A DNA stretch of 64,000 nt from Schmidtea nova (Eukaryota): positions 67,704,001-67,768,000 of the forward strand of contig CM097882.1 in assembly GCA_044892505.1 (NCBI GenBank), given 5' to 3'. Positions 12,626 through 23,723 of this stretch are shown piece by piece. Below the pieces are notes generated by a model. It saw nothing but the letters and a program-made list of their open reading frames with translations. It was not told the DNA's origin and ran no database searches. How positions within the stretch are numbered: position 1 is the first letter of the stretch; the number at the start of each line of letters is the position of its first letter. The position numbers and the translations under genes were made by a program.

Positions 12626-13398
12626 GCGGAGTGTTACAACACACACACATGAATATGACCATCATACTCAACTTTCAATTACCTTTTGTTTGATACATAT
12701 ATTACATAGTTTTGAACCTTGGACCCTTCGAGGGTTGACCACCCACCTTCAAGGGTATGTCCATGAAACTCATTTATCAATTACCTTTTGTTTGATACAT
12801 ATATTACATAGTTTTAAAAATTCTGAACCTTGGACTCTTCGAGGGTTGACCATCATACTCCACTCTCAATTCCCTTTTGTTTGATATATAACTTGTAATG
12901 TTTAAAATATTTGAAGGTTTTTTACCCTTTTAAGGTTGAGCACCCACCATAGACCTTTGAAGGTATGACCATTGTGTGCATATCTCAATTACCTTTCGAA
13001 TGATATATAACTTGTAAGGTTTGAAAAGATTTGAAGGTTTTGCACTTTTTGAAGGTTGAGCATCCACCATACACCTTCGAGGGTATAACCGTTGTGTGCA
13101 CCTCTCAAAGACCTTTCGAATGATACCCTTGTTTGAAGGTTTGACCTTATTTGACCTTTGGAAATTTGAATTTAAAATGAGTCATCGATGACGTCATAAC
13201 CTTTATTTGACCTTTGGAAATTCAAATTTAAATTTTGAATTTGAAATGAGTCATCGATGACGTCATAAAATTTGAAATGAGTCATCGATGAGCCATAAAA
13301 AATTTTCTACCCCATGGGGAGGGGGTAGAGAAAAATGAGTCATCGATGAGTCATATGTCTTTGTTCTCGATGAGTCATGCTCCTCATAACTATCTACT
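12626..13398 (-). mobile_element. Polinton/Maverick-like terminal inverted repeat (right end)
   Basis: Reads 5'-AGTAGATAGTTATGAGG on the - strand from 13398. Contains multiple ATGA(C/G)TCAT and ATGACGTCAT boxes and ~100-130-bp subrepeats. A 5'-AG(TAG) start is typical of Polintons. Confidence 0.65.
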
Positions 13399-14178
13399 AT
13401 GGTCTGCCTTAAACTTTCACTATTCAGTGCTATTAGATTTTCAACAGTTCATTTTAATGATGAGTTAACTCCAAAAACATTCAAGGCACTAATAATTGAA
13501 GCTACAGAATGGTCTTGAAATCATGTATATTGAAAATCGAACTTATCATGAAATATTTGCTCAATTATCAAAAAAAATTAAGAAAATTCAAGTCAAAAAA
13601 ATTTATGCAATTTAACCATAAATTTTTTTCCTCAAAATTTTGTATATCTTATAGACTAAATTCTCTGGTTATGGTATTACCAGATTTAACATTTTGAATG
13701 GCAAAATTTTGTTTATGAATTACTTAAAAATAAGTATTTTTTTTCGAGGATTTAAAAATTGTATTTTGTACTCAATTGGTGAAAAGCCTTTTTGTTTAAA
13801 TAAATAATTTCAAGTGATTAATTTGTAGTTAGATTTTTTGAGCCACTATCATCACAATTTGGAATACACGTCGATCAATTTAATTCTGTACTCTGCATGT
13901 TTGCTGCCTCACTGATGGATCGGCAGTTCCAGACGAAATACAGCATCAAAAATATCAGTGCTGAACAAAGGCATCGGTTTTTATTTTGCCATCAAATAAT
14001 GCATCATGTACTTTTTACCATATCAACATTCTCGTTTCATTATCCTGGTTTTCGCTATGTCCTCTTTAGCTATACACTTGACATAACTGGTGGCATTTGC
14101 GTGAAGAATAAAGAACAACAGAAAATTTACAATTTAACATCGTTTCATATATCATTTTCAAATAACAAATTCAATGAA

Positions 14179-14294
14179 TATCCAAATGTAATGCGTGATT
14201 GTGAAATTCATTTGAATTTCAAAGTTCACAGAGACAGGGGCACATTATTTGGAGATGGATTAGCGTTTTGGTTTACAGACAATCCTTTACAGCC
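14179..14294 (+). pseudogene. L-type lectin (VIP36/LMAN2-like) fragment embedded in a mosaic ORF
   Basis: MRDCEIHLNFKVHRDRGTLFGDGLAFWFTDNPLQP compared with LMAN2-type LRDWELQVHFKIHG...LHGDGLAIWYT.DRMQP. The flanks are not lectin-like. Confidence 0.7.
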
Positions 14295-15193
14295 AGACAC
14301 TTACAACATCCATAATGCTCCACCAAAAATGGTGTCAGAACAAAATATCAATTGTCAATCTACAAGTCAAAAGGAAATCAAACATTTCGCTCCGAAGTCT
14401 CACAACAGCCAGCAAAAATGAATAATTCTTTTCAATTATGCTCATCTTACTCTTAAATTGCAAGTAGTCAAATGGAAGTCGTTAAGCGAATAGCAGCTAC
14501 AACGCAACCACTATCATTTCTGATGCATTTAATAAATCGACAAAATCAACCTTCAATTCCCATAATTTTAACCCCATCGCGAGTAAATCTAAATTCTCAA
14601 ATAGATTGTGCTCAAATGGTAAGAATGCCAACCAGTTCACAAGTCAGCCACTAACATTCGACAGGCTTTGTATATACTACAACAGAATTTAATCTCACAA
14701 AGTGATAAATCCAAACAAGCTAACAATCATATATCAGATGCCTGCTGGTTCAGTTTCCAATCTGTCTTTAATCATTAACAACTCAACGAATAGTAGCCTA
14801 TCAGCAATAACAATAAATTCATCTCCAGTCGTTTCACAGAATCAAAATGCTACAATTCTTCCAATGAGTAACGTCGACGTTCAGACATTAGAAGCGATAA
14901 ATCGATCGATTTCTCAGCAGAATCCAAAACCAATAAATTCAAAGCCAGTAAATTCCAATCTTTCTCTCATTCAAGCGGATTCCAAAGTCGCTCAACAGTT
15001 GATTAATGGCTTTCAAAAGCAGTCTCCTCGCACACCGTCGGGTGTTAATTCACAGGGATACATGTCAATTGGTCAAACATCGGAAGCAACACAAATCAAC
15101 ATGAAAAATAGCAATAACATCAAATCTATCATAATTTTTTCACCAGCTCCATCGAAAATGAACTTAAACACCAACAACGATATTGATAATTAG
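14295..15193 (+). pseudogene. Broken N/S/Q-rich reading frames, probably a fragment of an unidentified host gene
   Basis: Consecutive ORFs 13897-14421, 14472-14654 and 14702-15193 are low-complexity. The last stop (TAG) coincides with the AGTAG terminus at 15192. Confidence 0.4.
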
Positions 15194-16427
15194 TAGGTAG
15201 TTAGTGGCTCCCTGACTCACTGGCTTTCTAACCCCCCCCTAGAAAAAAAGTGAGTTAGGAAGCCACTATGTTTTTTCGTCGATCTTTTGTATAGGAAAAT
15301 TTTTTGTCGGTGTTTTGTATAGGTGAGTTAGAAAGCCACTATGTTTTTTCGTCGATCTTTTGTATAGGAAAAATTTGTCGATCTTTTGAATAGGATTTTC
15401 TACTCCGAGATTTTTTCTCGGGCAAAAAGGGACTCTTGATTTGTGTACAGGGATTTTGAATAGGATTTTTGGTCTGGTTTTTGAATAGGATTTTTGGTCT
15501 GGTTTTTGAATAGGATTTTTGGTCTGGTTATTTTGAATAGGGAATTTTGGGTCGATCTTTTGTATAGGAAATTTTTGTCGATCTTTTGAATAGGATTTTC
15601 TACTCCCAGATTTTTCTCGGGCAAAAAGGGACTCTGAAATTTTGTACAGGGATTTTGAACAGGGATTTTTGGTCAAGTATTTTTGTATAGGATTTTGGTC
15701 TGGATTTTTTGAATAGGATTTTCTACTCCCAGATTTTTCTATGGCAAAAAAAGACTCTGATAATTTTATTTTGAAATTAAAAAAAACACGTGTAAATTTT
15801 TTTAAACTAGTAAAATAGATTGAAATTATTTTGAATAGGATTTTCAATTCCCACAATTTCTAGGGCAAAAAGGAGCACTGGTAATTTTGAACTGAAATTT
15901 TAAATAAAGATTTAAGAAAAGGATATTAAACACATGGTAAAGTTAAATAGGCAATAAAACATGGAGAATTTTACAAAAACATAAGAATGACATAATTTTT
16001 AAAACTTAATGAAAAAGGGTAAAATTAAAGCAAAGTCAGAGTTGAAATGACATAATATTTAAAATTTAATAAAAAAAGGGTAAAATTAAGGCAAAGTTAG
16101 AGTTGAAATGGCATAATATTTAAAATTTAATTAAAAAGGGTAAAATTAAGGCAGTCAGAGTTGAAATGACATAATATGAAAAATTTAAAAATAAGTACGA
16201 AATTTTTTGGGAAATCTCGGAGTTGGTTATTTAAAAGTAAAATTTTTAAAGTAAAATTTTTAAAGTAAATTTTTCAAAGTAAAGTTTTTTAGAATAAAAT
16301 TTTTTATACAATTTTAATTTTTATAAAATCTTAAACTAAATTCAATAAACTTTTTTATACTGAAATTTTTTATGATAAATAAAAAACACGTGTAAATTTA
16401 GAAAAATGATAAATCGATTTAAATGGT
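15192..16427 (+). mobile_element. Second Polinton/Maverick-like terminus (left end) with subterminal satellite-like repeats
   Basis: Starts AGTAGGTAGTTAGTGG...TGACTCA...CTAACCCCCCCCTAGAAAA, the same architecture as the 13398 end. Followed by GAATAGGATTTT arrays and ~58-bp repeats that resume after the gypsy insertion at 22205. Confidence 0.55.
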
Positions 16428-17021
16428 TGTAGTGCCTTAGATTAAATTTTCAATTTTATAAATTAATTAATTATTAAATGGATTAAATTAGATGTTGTTT
16501 TAATATTTACATATTTACTCTTTTTCACGCTGATCAAAAAAAATGCAAGCTGTTAACAATGATTCGATATACCCATTCACTCAAGACATTCACATCGACT
16601 CGTTTTCATCAAATGACAACAATTATCAGTTCTACTCTAGTGGAGATTGTGTAGTCGATATTCAAAGAAGAAACAATTGCCAGTTCCGCAGATTGCAGAA
16701 ATGTTTCGCTGCTGGAATGCGTAAAGAAGCCGTACAAACTGGAAGATGCTTGTCAACAACTGGATCAATATGAATATACTATCCAGACAAATCTGAAATG
16801 TATAACTCAAAAAATCTACAAATCAATACATTGGATCACAACCAATCTCGATTAAACGATTATTCGCCAGCACCAGAAATCAATCAATACGGACTGTCAT
16901 AGAGCTTGCTCATTTCAACTCTTGTTATCATCGGTCAGGATTTCCGGTTGCCAAAGACCAACTTGTCAATTGGAGATCGATTTCTATTAATAAAATCTTA
17001 TTTGCTTTTAGCATTCCTACA
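16428..17021 (+). repeat. 5' LTR (594 bp)
   Basis: TGTAGTGCC...TTCCTACA. Near-identical to 21606-22199; one A/G difference noticed at 16901 vs 22079. Confidence 0.97.
16642..16746 (+). pseudogene. Nuclear hormone receptor DNA-binding domain fragment (second zinc finger plus T-box) inside the 5' LTR
   Basis: GDCVVDIQRRNNCQFRRLQKCFAAGMRKEAVQTGR compared with HNF4-type [34 protein letters not shown]. One ligand Cys is replaced by Arg. Confidence 0.85.
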
Positions 17022-17023
17022 AT

Positions 17024-17037
17024 TGGTGTCAGAAGTG
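17024..17037 (+). promoter_or_regulatory. Primer-binding site
   Basis: TGGTGTCAGAAGTG, 2 nt after the LTR CA end. Confidence 0.85.
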
Positions 17038-17414
17038 ACAAACGTAAGCTTTTTGAATTTATTATGTAAATATTTAAATTCATCTAATTGCTCCATTTAT
17101 ATTAATAATAATTTTAATAATATATTGAATAAAAATTTTAATAATTATTTTAATAATAATTTTCATACTCCGCTTACCAAAACTACAACAGTTTTCTCTA
17201 CCTGTTCACAACCATTTACCCTTCATGACGGCTTACTCAACATCACTGTACGCCACAAAAATATTATTCACTCAGTTAAAATTACCACGACAATTTTTTT
17301 TAACGATATTAAACGTTTTTTTTAATTGAACACAACGACTTCTTTATTTTAAATAACGGAGTTCCCATCACAGATCCTCTTTCAGTCCCAACAAACGCAA
17401 TAATAACACTCTTC

Positions 17415-20400
17415 ATGCGGGCAAGAGGCGGTGCCAAAACTAACAATGACCATAACCCTCCCACGTCCATAGGTCGCACTCAACTGATATTTTTAGACGC
17501 AGACGGCACACCATCATCTTGGTTCCGCATTTTTGAATCGCGCACTAGAGCCAATCCCAAGTCTAGGCAAGATCTTCTGCTGGATGCAATACCCGACGAG
17601 TTAATGTCAGAATTAGGCTCACAAATAGCTGACGCATTAAACTCAGAAACCCCTTATCAATCAATCAAAGCGGTCATAGAAAAAAAATATTCACCCACGC
17701 GCACTTCAGCGATTGAAAAGTTATCAAAACCCACCCCATACGCCGGTCAACCCCCATCATCCTTTTTATCGCATCTAGTACGCGAACTTGAGGCCGCCCA
17801 CACCGGTTTATCAAAAAACACTGCTCTCCTATGCCATCAATTTTTAACAGCTCTTCCACATCACATCCAGACCTCACTCCTCGTCGTCGATTCCGATGAT
17901 CCTTTTCACCTTGCAAAAATTGCTGATAAGTTGGTTACTCGACCCCCCATCCGAAACGCACCAACTACCATCGCATCAGTTTCCGACCCTTCATTACAGG
18001 AACAGATATCTTCTCTGACAAAAACAGTCGACGCGATACTCAACTCCTCTCAGTTAACTACACACACCCAAAGAAACGATAAACCGAATTCTTTTCCCCC
18101 TCTGACTTGTTCTTTTCACAAGAAACTCTCATCCGACGCAAGAACATGCCATATAGGATGTTCATGGCCAACTTTGAGGATCATTCCTATTTGCATCTAT
18201 CACAATATCTTCGGTATACACGCACAAAAATTCCTTTCAGGTTGCACATTTGTAAACCGTTTCTCAAATAAATCATGCGACAAAAACAATTTCAATTCTC
18301 CCAAAAAAAAACTAGCGCCGCTGTCTGTCAACCCTGGATTTTCAGGCAGCGTCCTTGCGATCAACAATATCTTCACTGTTGAAGCAGACTTTGACTCCAG
18401 CTCATCAATTCATTTTCTCATAGATTCGGGCTCGTCATTTTCAATCCTTCCAACAACTTTCACACCAGACTTCAAATCTTCGTTCATTGTCTTGGCCGCT
18501 AACAGCACACCGATCCAATTTTTGGGAACAAAAAAACTCTCATTCACTATACCAACATTAAACTCAACTTTCACTCACACCTTCCACATAGCAGACACGA
18601 TCCACCCAATATTAGGCTCCGATTTTTTAAGCAACGAATCCATCATGGTAGATTTCAAAAATCGTAAGTTGTTCACTGTAAAACACGACATTGCCAATAT
18701 ACCGACAATTTCATCGTCAAATGTAACATCAATTTCAACGCAGACATCTACACCGACACAACTCAACTCAATTCATCAAGATTCCACGATGGAAAACGAT
18801 AAAAACACGTTGGACATCGACCAATCAGCCAATCTAGATACGATCGATGACATGATCAAATTAATTTCAATCAAATATCCAAACCTCATCACTAAATCCG
18901 ATACCATACCACCCACTACCTTATCGACTCACTATATTCACACATTACCATGCATACCACAACACAATCGAGCCAGACCTCTCTCTTCCACGAAACTCGA
19001 CGCAGTCAAAGCTGAATTTGTTAGTCTAGAAAACGCAGGCATTATACGTCGTTCATCTTCACCATGGGCTTCGCCAATACACGTAGTAACAAAAAAAGAC
19101 GGGTCATTCAGACCCTGTGGAGATTATCGACAGCTCAACCAAGTAACAGTCCACGACGCCTACCCAATGCCACTCATTAAAGATTTAATAACACGCTTTT
19201 CACAATCTACAGTGTTCTCAACTATAGACCTCTCGAAAGCATACCACCAATTTCCCATCCATACGGACGACGTCCCCAAAACGGCTGTCACTACACCATT
19301 TGGGAATTTTGAATACATGTTCATGCCTTTTGGTCTTAGAAACGCAGCTCAGTCCTTACAACGTTTCATGGACACAATTCTTTGCGATGTCCCTCACACT
19401 TTCGCATACCTTGACTATATCATCATAGCATCCCCGGATCGAGACAGCCACTAAAACGATTTACACACGGTCCTTGATATATTGAACCGTCACAACTTAC
19501 AGATAAACGTAAACAAATGTAGCTTGTTTCAAGAACGCGCCAGATTCCTTGGCCATATACTTTCATCTACTGGTTGTGAACCTTTCCCCGAAAGACTTTA
19601 AGTAATCCGCAGCTTTCCCCTGCCAACCACCGTGACACAACTACGTAGCTTTTTAGGCATCGTCAACTTCTGCCATAGATTCAATAAAAGCGCATCTCAC
19701 ATAACAGCACCTCTTTCAGCACTGAACACAGGAAAAAAGAATTCCGTCATCAATTGGTCCAACACAACACGCGACTCATTCAACAAAGTCAAAGACGCTC
19801 TAACCAAGATTACCACTCTTCACTACCCATGTCACGACCTCCCATTCACCCTGAAAACTGACGCATCAAATATTGCTGCAGGCGCAGTCCTTCACCAAAT
19901 TAAGGATAAAATCTCACTACCAATAGAATTTTTTTCGAGAAAATTTTCATTAGCAGAGTCAAAGTACAGCGCATTCGACAGAGAATTACTTGCCATTTTT
20001 CTAGTAGTCAAACATTTTAGTCACATTTTAGAAGGAAGACAATTTACAATCTTCACCGACCACAAACTTCTCATCCACTGCCTTACCATGAAAGACCCAT
20101 CGAACAGAGTACATCGTCAGATAACATACCTATCAACTTTTGATATTAAATTTGTTCACGTTTCGGGCAAAAATAATGTAGTCGCCGATTATCTTTCTAG
20201 AAACATTGCTACATCAATTACCTCTACCCCGGTTTTCACCCAACAAATTCTCCGTTCGACTCCACCAACGACAGCTGACCTCGCCCGCTTCAAAGACTCG
20301 CTTGAGATAATAGACGGTATACATTATGACCCAACGTATAAAAACACTCTTAGACCAATTTTGCACTCGTCACTCAGAAAAGAAGCATTCTTCGCGATTC

Positions 20401-21575
20401 ATAATCTACACCATCCAGGAATTAAGTCCACATACCATCTCATACGACAAAAAGTCACTTGGTTCTCATTATTTAAAGACGTTAAACAGTGGGTCTCTGA
20501 ATGTACAGGCTGCCAACAACACAAAGTGAACAAACATACTAAACCACCAATCACACCATTCCCGACTGGTTCAAGATTCGACATACTCCACATCGACTTA
20601 GTAGGCAAACTCCCCGCTGACGAAGGATTCTGCTATATACTGACAATGATCGATAGGAAAACACGCTGGTTCGAGGCTATTCCAGTTGCTGACATCACCG
20701 CAAAAACGGTTGCACACGCCTTAATATCCACTTGGTTTTCGCGTTATGAAATCCCAACCGCCATAATCACAGACCAAGGAACACAATTTGAATCAGACCT
20801 TTTCGATCATCTGACCACTAGCCTCGGTATCAGTCATTTACGTACCAGCTCATATCACCCACAAACAAACGGTCTTGTGGAACGCGCCCACCGGACTTTG
20901 AAATCATCCCTCAGAATACTCTCAACGACAACTTCGTGGACCAAAGCATTACCATTCGTCTTGCTCGGGTGGCACAACACTCCCAACCGCTTAAGTGGCG
21001 TGTCACCTTCACAACTTTTGTTCGGTTCCAACACATCCATGCGCAACGAACTCATAGATCTACAGAACGAATCGTCACTAGAGGAAATCAACCTCACTCG
21101 CAATCATTTTTTGAGTCTTGATACAAATCCATCTTTCACATATTCTACATCATACAAACCGTATATACCACAATCACTTTCATCTGCCACCCACACATGG
21201 ATGAAGACAATTGACTCATCAAACCTCAAACCTAGATACAAAGGCCCATTCCGCATCATCGAACTATACAAAAACACAGCGAAACTAGAAATTGATAACA
21301 ATCACATTATGGTCAACCTATCAAGATTAAAACCATCCTTTTGCACACTTGAGTATGATGAACGACCAAATTACCATATCATAAAAGAAGATCCTATAGA
21401 TGAAGACATTCAAGAAGACACGGAACAACTGAAGACCCTTACAGAAACGCCCAATACCCAACTTTCTCAAGACAACCCGCCATTCCTTCTAGGCGAACAA
21501 GTAAACTCCCTCAATATCTCTCCGATTATCACCTTCAGTGACTCACCCAACACCCAAATTCATTTTGTAGCTTAG
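17415..21575 (+). pseudogene. Single-frame gag-pol polyprotein with two in-frame stops
   Basis: Gag CHCC (CSFHKKLSSDARTCHIGC), protease FLIDSGS, RT YMFMPFGLRNA and YLDY, RNase H TDAS/ELLAI/TDHK, integrase HHCC, DDE and GPF. TAA at 19452 and ~19599 in the same frame. Confidence 0.93.
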
Positions 21576-21593
21576 AGACGCTCCGCGTACTTC

Positions 21594-21601
21594 GGCGGGG
21601 G
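21594..21601 (+). promoter_or_regulatory. Polypurine tract
   Basis: GGCGGGGG, 4 nt before the 3' LTR. Confidence 0.7.
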
Positions 21602-21605
21602 CTAT

Positions 21606-22199
21606 TGTAGTGCCTTAGATTAAATTTTCAATTTTATAAATTAATTAATTATTAAATGGATTAAATTAGATGTTGTTTTAATATTTACATATTTACTCTT
21701 TTTCACGCTGATCAAAAAAAATGCAAGCTGTTAACAATGATTCGATATACCCATTCACTCAAGACATTCACATCGACTCGTTTTCATCAAATGACAACAA
21801 TTATCAGTTCTACTCTAGTGGAGATTGTGTAGTCGATATTCAAAGAAGAAACAATTGCCAGTTCCGCAGATTGCAGAAATGTTTCGCTGCTGGAATGCGT
21901 AAAGAAGCCGTACAAACTGGAAGATGCTTGTCAACAACTGGATCAATATGAATATACTATCCAGACAAATCTGAAATGTATAACTCAAAAAATCTACAAA
22001 TCAATACATTGGATCACAACCAATCTCGATTAAACGATTATTCGCCAGCACCAGAAATCAATCAATACGGACTGTCATGGAGCTTGCTCATTTCAACTCT
22101 TGTTATCATCGGTCAGGATTTCCGGTTGCCAAAGACCAACTTGTCAATTGGAGATCGATTTCTATTAATAAAATCTTATTTGCTTTTAGCATTCCTACA
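21606..22199 (+). repeat. 3' LTR (594 bp)
   Basis: Direct repeat of 16428-17021. Confidence 0.97.
21820..21924 (+). pseudogene. Nuclear receptor zinc-finger fragment in the 3' LTR
   Basis: ORF 21721-21951 encodes the same 76 aa as 16543-16773. Confidence 0.85.
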
Positions 22200-23156
22200 A
22201 TGGTTAAATTAAATAGGTAATAAAACATAGAGAATTTTACAAAGACAAAAGAATGACATAATATTTAAAATTTTATAAATAGGGTAAAATTAAGGCAAAG
22301 TTAGAATTTAAATGACATAATATTTTAAATTTAATAAAAAAGGGTAATTTTTTGGCAAACTCAGAGTTGGTAAATTTTTAAATATAAAATTAAAATTTTT
22401 TCACAAAATGAAATTTTTAAACTAATAAAAGTCTTAAGAAATAAAACTTTACCACATAAAAATTAATCAAGAAATAAAATTTTTTAGCAAATAAAAATTA
22501 AACATTACAAATCGAATTTCAAATACAAAATTTTATTCAAGAAAGGTTTTGTTGTAATATATTCTTCTTAATTCTGCCAAAGGAAAAGTGTTTGGTCTGG
22601 GAATTTCCAAAAATTAAAAAGTTGTCAGAATTCAATAATTTTATACCAATCTACTGCGAATTGAAAGGCGAACAATAAAGGTCAAAAATTAAAATCATGA
22701 AAAAATCAAAATTTTATACAGGAAATGTCAGTCTCAGTAAAAAAGGGCAAAGTACATAAAAAACGTGGAAATATTTAAAAACTTTTTAAACTAAATAATT
22801 AAATCTAAATAAATTTATGATAATTAAATAAAAAAGTAAATAATTTCTATACGAATTTCCAAACTCAGTAAATAATCCAATCAATATTTTTGTATTGAAT
22901 TTATTAAGTAAAATGATACATTAAATAAAAAGCATGGAAATAATAAGTAAATTAAAGTTAGAAATTTAAAATAATTTGTACTGGATTTATGAAAATTGGT
23001 AAAGTAAATAAATTAAAGATAGAATTTGAAAAATAAATTAAGAAATTAAAGATAAATAGAATTATAAGCAAATAATTCTTTTAAAAATAAGTAAATTAAG
23101 AGAGACGTGAGTTTTAATGACAAAATTTAAAAATGAATTGGTTCTAAATGAACTTT

Positions 23157-23723
23157 TTAAAGTAATATTTGAAAAATGTGAGAATACAGGAATACCTCGA
23201 ACAGTATGGTTGATTTCGGTCGGGTTCTTCTGATTTTCTCGACGGAATCATTGTCATCCTCATTCAGCAATCCATTAACTGCTTTCCCCCGATTATCACT
23301 GCTCCGCGTCTTCCTGATTCTGTCAGTGCCATCATCGTTATCATCATCCGTGTACACCAACGAGGACGCAGATGAAGTCCGATGGTAATCGCCACCAATG
23401 TCTTCCTCCTCATCCGAAGACAAACAAATGTTCTCCTCTACCCCATTAACGGGAACTGTTTCACATTTAATAACAGCAGCATCATTAACCTCCTGGCGGA
23501 ACGCATCAATCAGCTGCTGCTTGTTATCAGGCTGGATAGAAATATGACCAAACAATTGACTAGCTGGTTCGTTCAAACGCTCATAGCCGCACCTATTCAA
23601 AGCATCCAATAATTCTGCACCTTCAATATCACTTCCCAATTGCTCAATAATTGATTTAATTGAGGCTTCCTTCAGATCCATAAATCCAGAATATAAATCC
23701 ATATTATTTAAAAAACCAATCAT
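23157..23723 (-). CDS. 188-aa hypothetical cargo ORF (helical N-terminus plus acidic tail)
   Basis: Open and GC-richer than its flanks. The acidic C-half is shared with copy A (10102-10386). It reads through the left TIR. Confidence 0.45.
   Translation of the reverse strand: MIGFLNNMDLYSGFMDLKEASIKSIIEQLGSDIEGAELLDALNRCGYERLNEPASQLFGHISIQPDNKQQLIDAFRQEVNDAAVIKCETVPVNGVEENICLSSDEEEDIGGDYHRTSSASSLVYTDDDNDDGTDRIRKTRSSDNRGKAVNGLLNEDDNDSVEKIRRTRPKSTILFEVFLYSHIFQILL

Larger units (their letters stand above)
16428..22199 (+). mobile_element. Full-length Ty3/gypsy LTR retrotransposon, CsRn1-like clade, defective
   Basis: 594-bp TG...CA LTRs, 5-bp TSD ATGGT (16423-16427 and 22200-22204), PBS, PPT, and gag-PR-RT-RH-IN domain order. 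Confidence 0.97.

Noticed and set aside
9786-12671. ORFs spanning N gaps (also 41178-41660 and 62284-62583)
   Set aside because: Their length comes from runs of X.
14330-14340. TGGTGTCAGAA as a second PBS
   Set aside because: No LTR upstream and no gag downstream; likely chance.
15266-15856. 196-aa and 74-aa ORFs
   Set aside because: Translations of subterminal tandem repeats.
16906-17021. LSIGDRFLLIKS as a nuclear-receptor ligand-binding-domain motif in the LTR
   Set aside because: Resembles L...DQ..LL but is short, in another frame, and overlaps the AATAAA signal; not supportable without an HMM.
17674-21301. Antisense and alternative-frame ORFs over gag-pol
   Set aside because: Shadow frames of the polyprotein.
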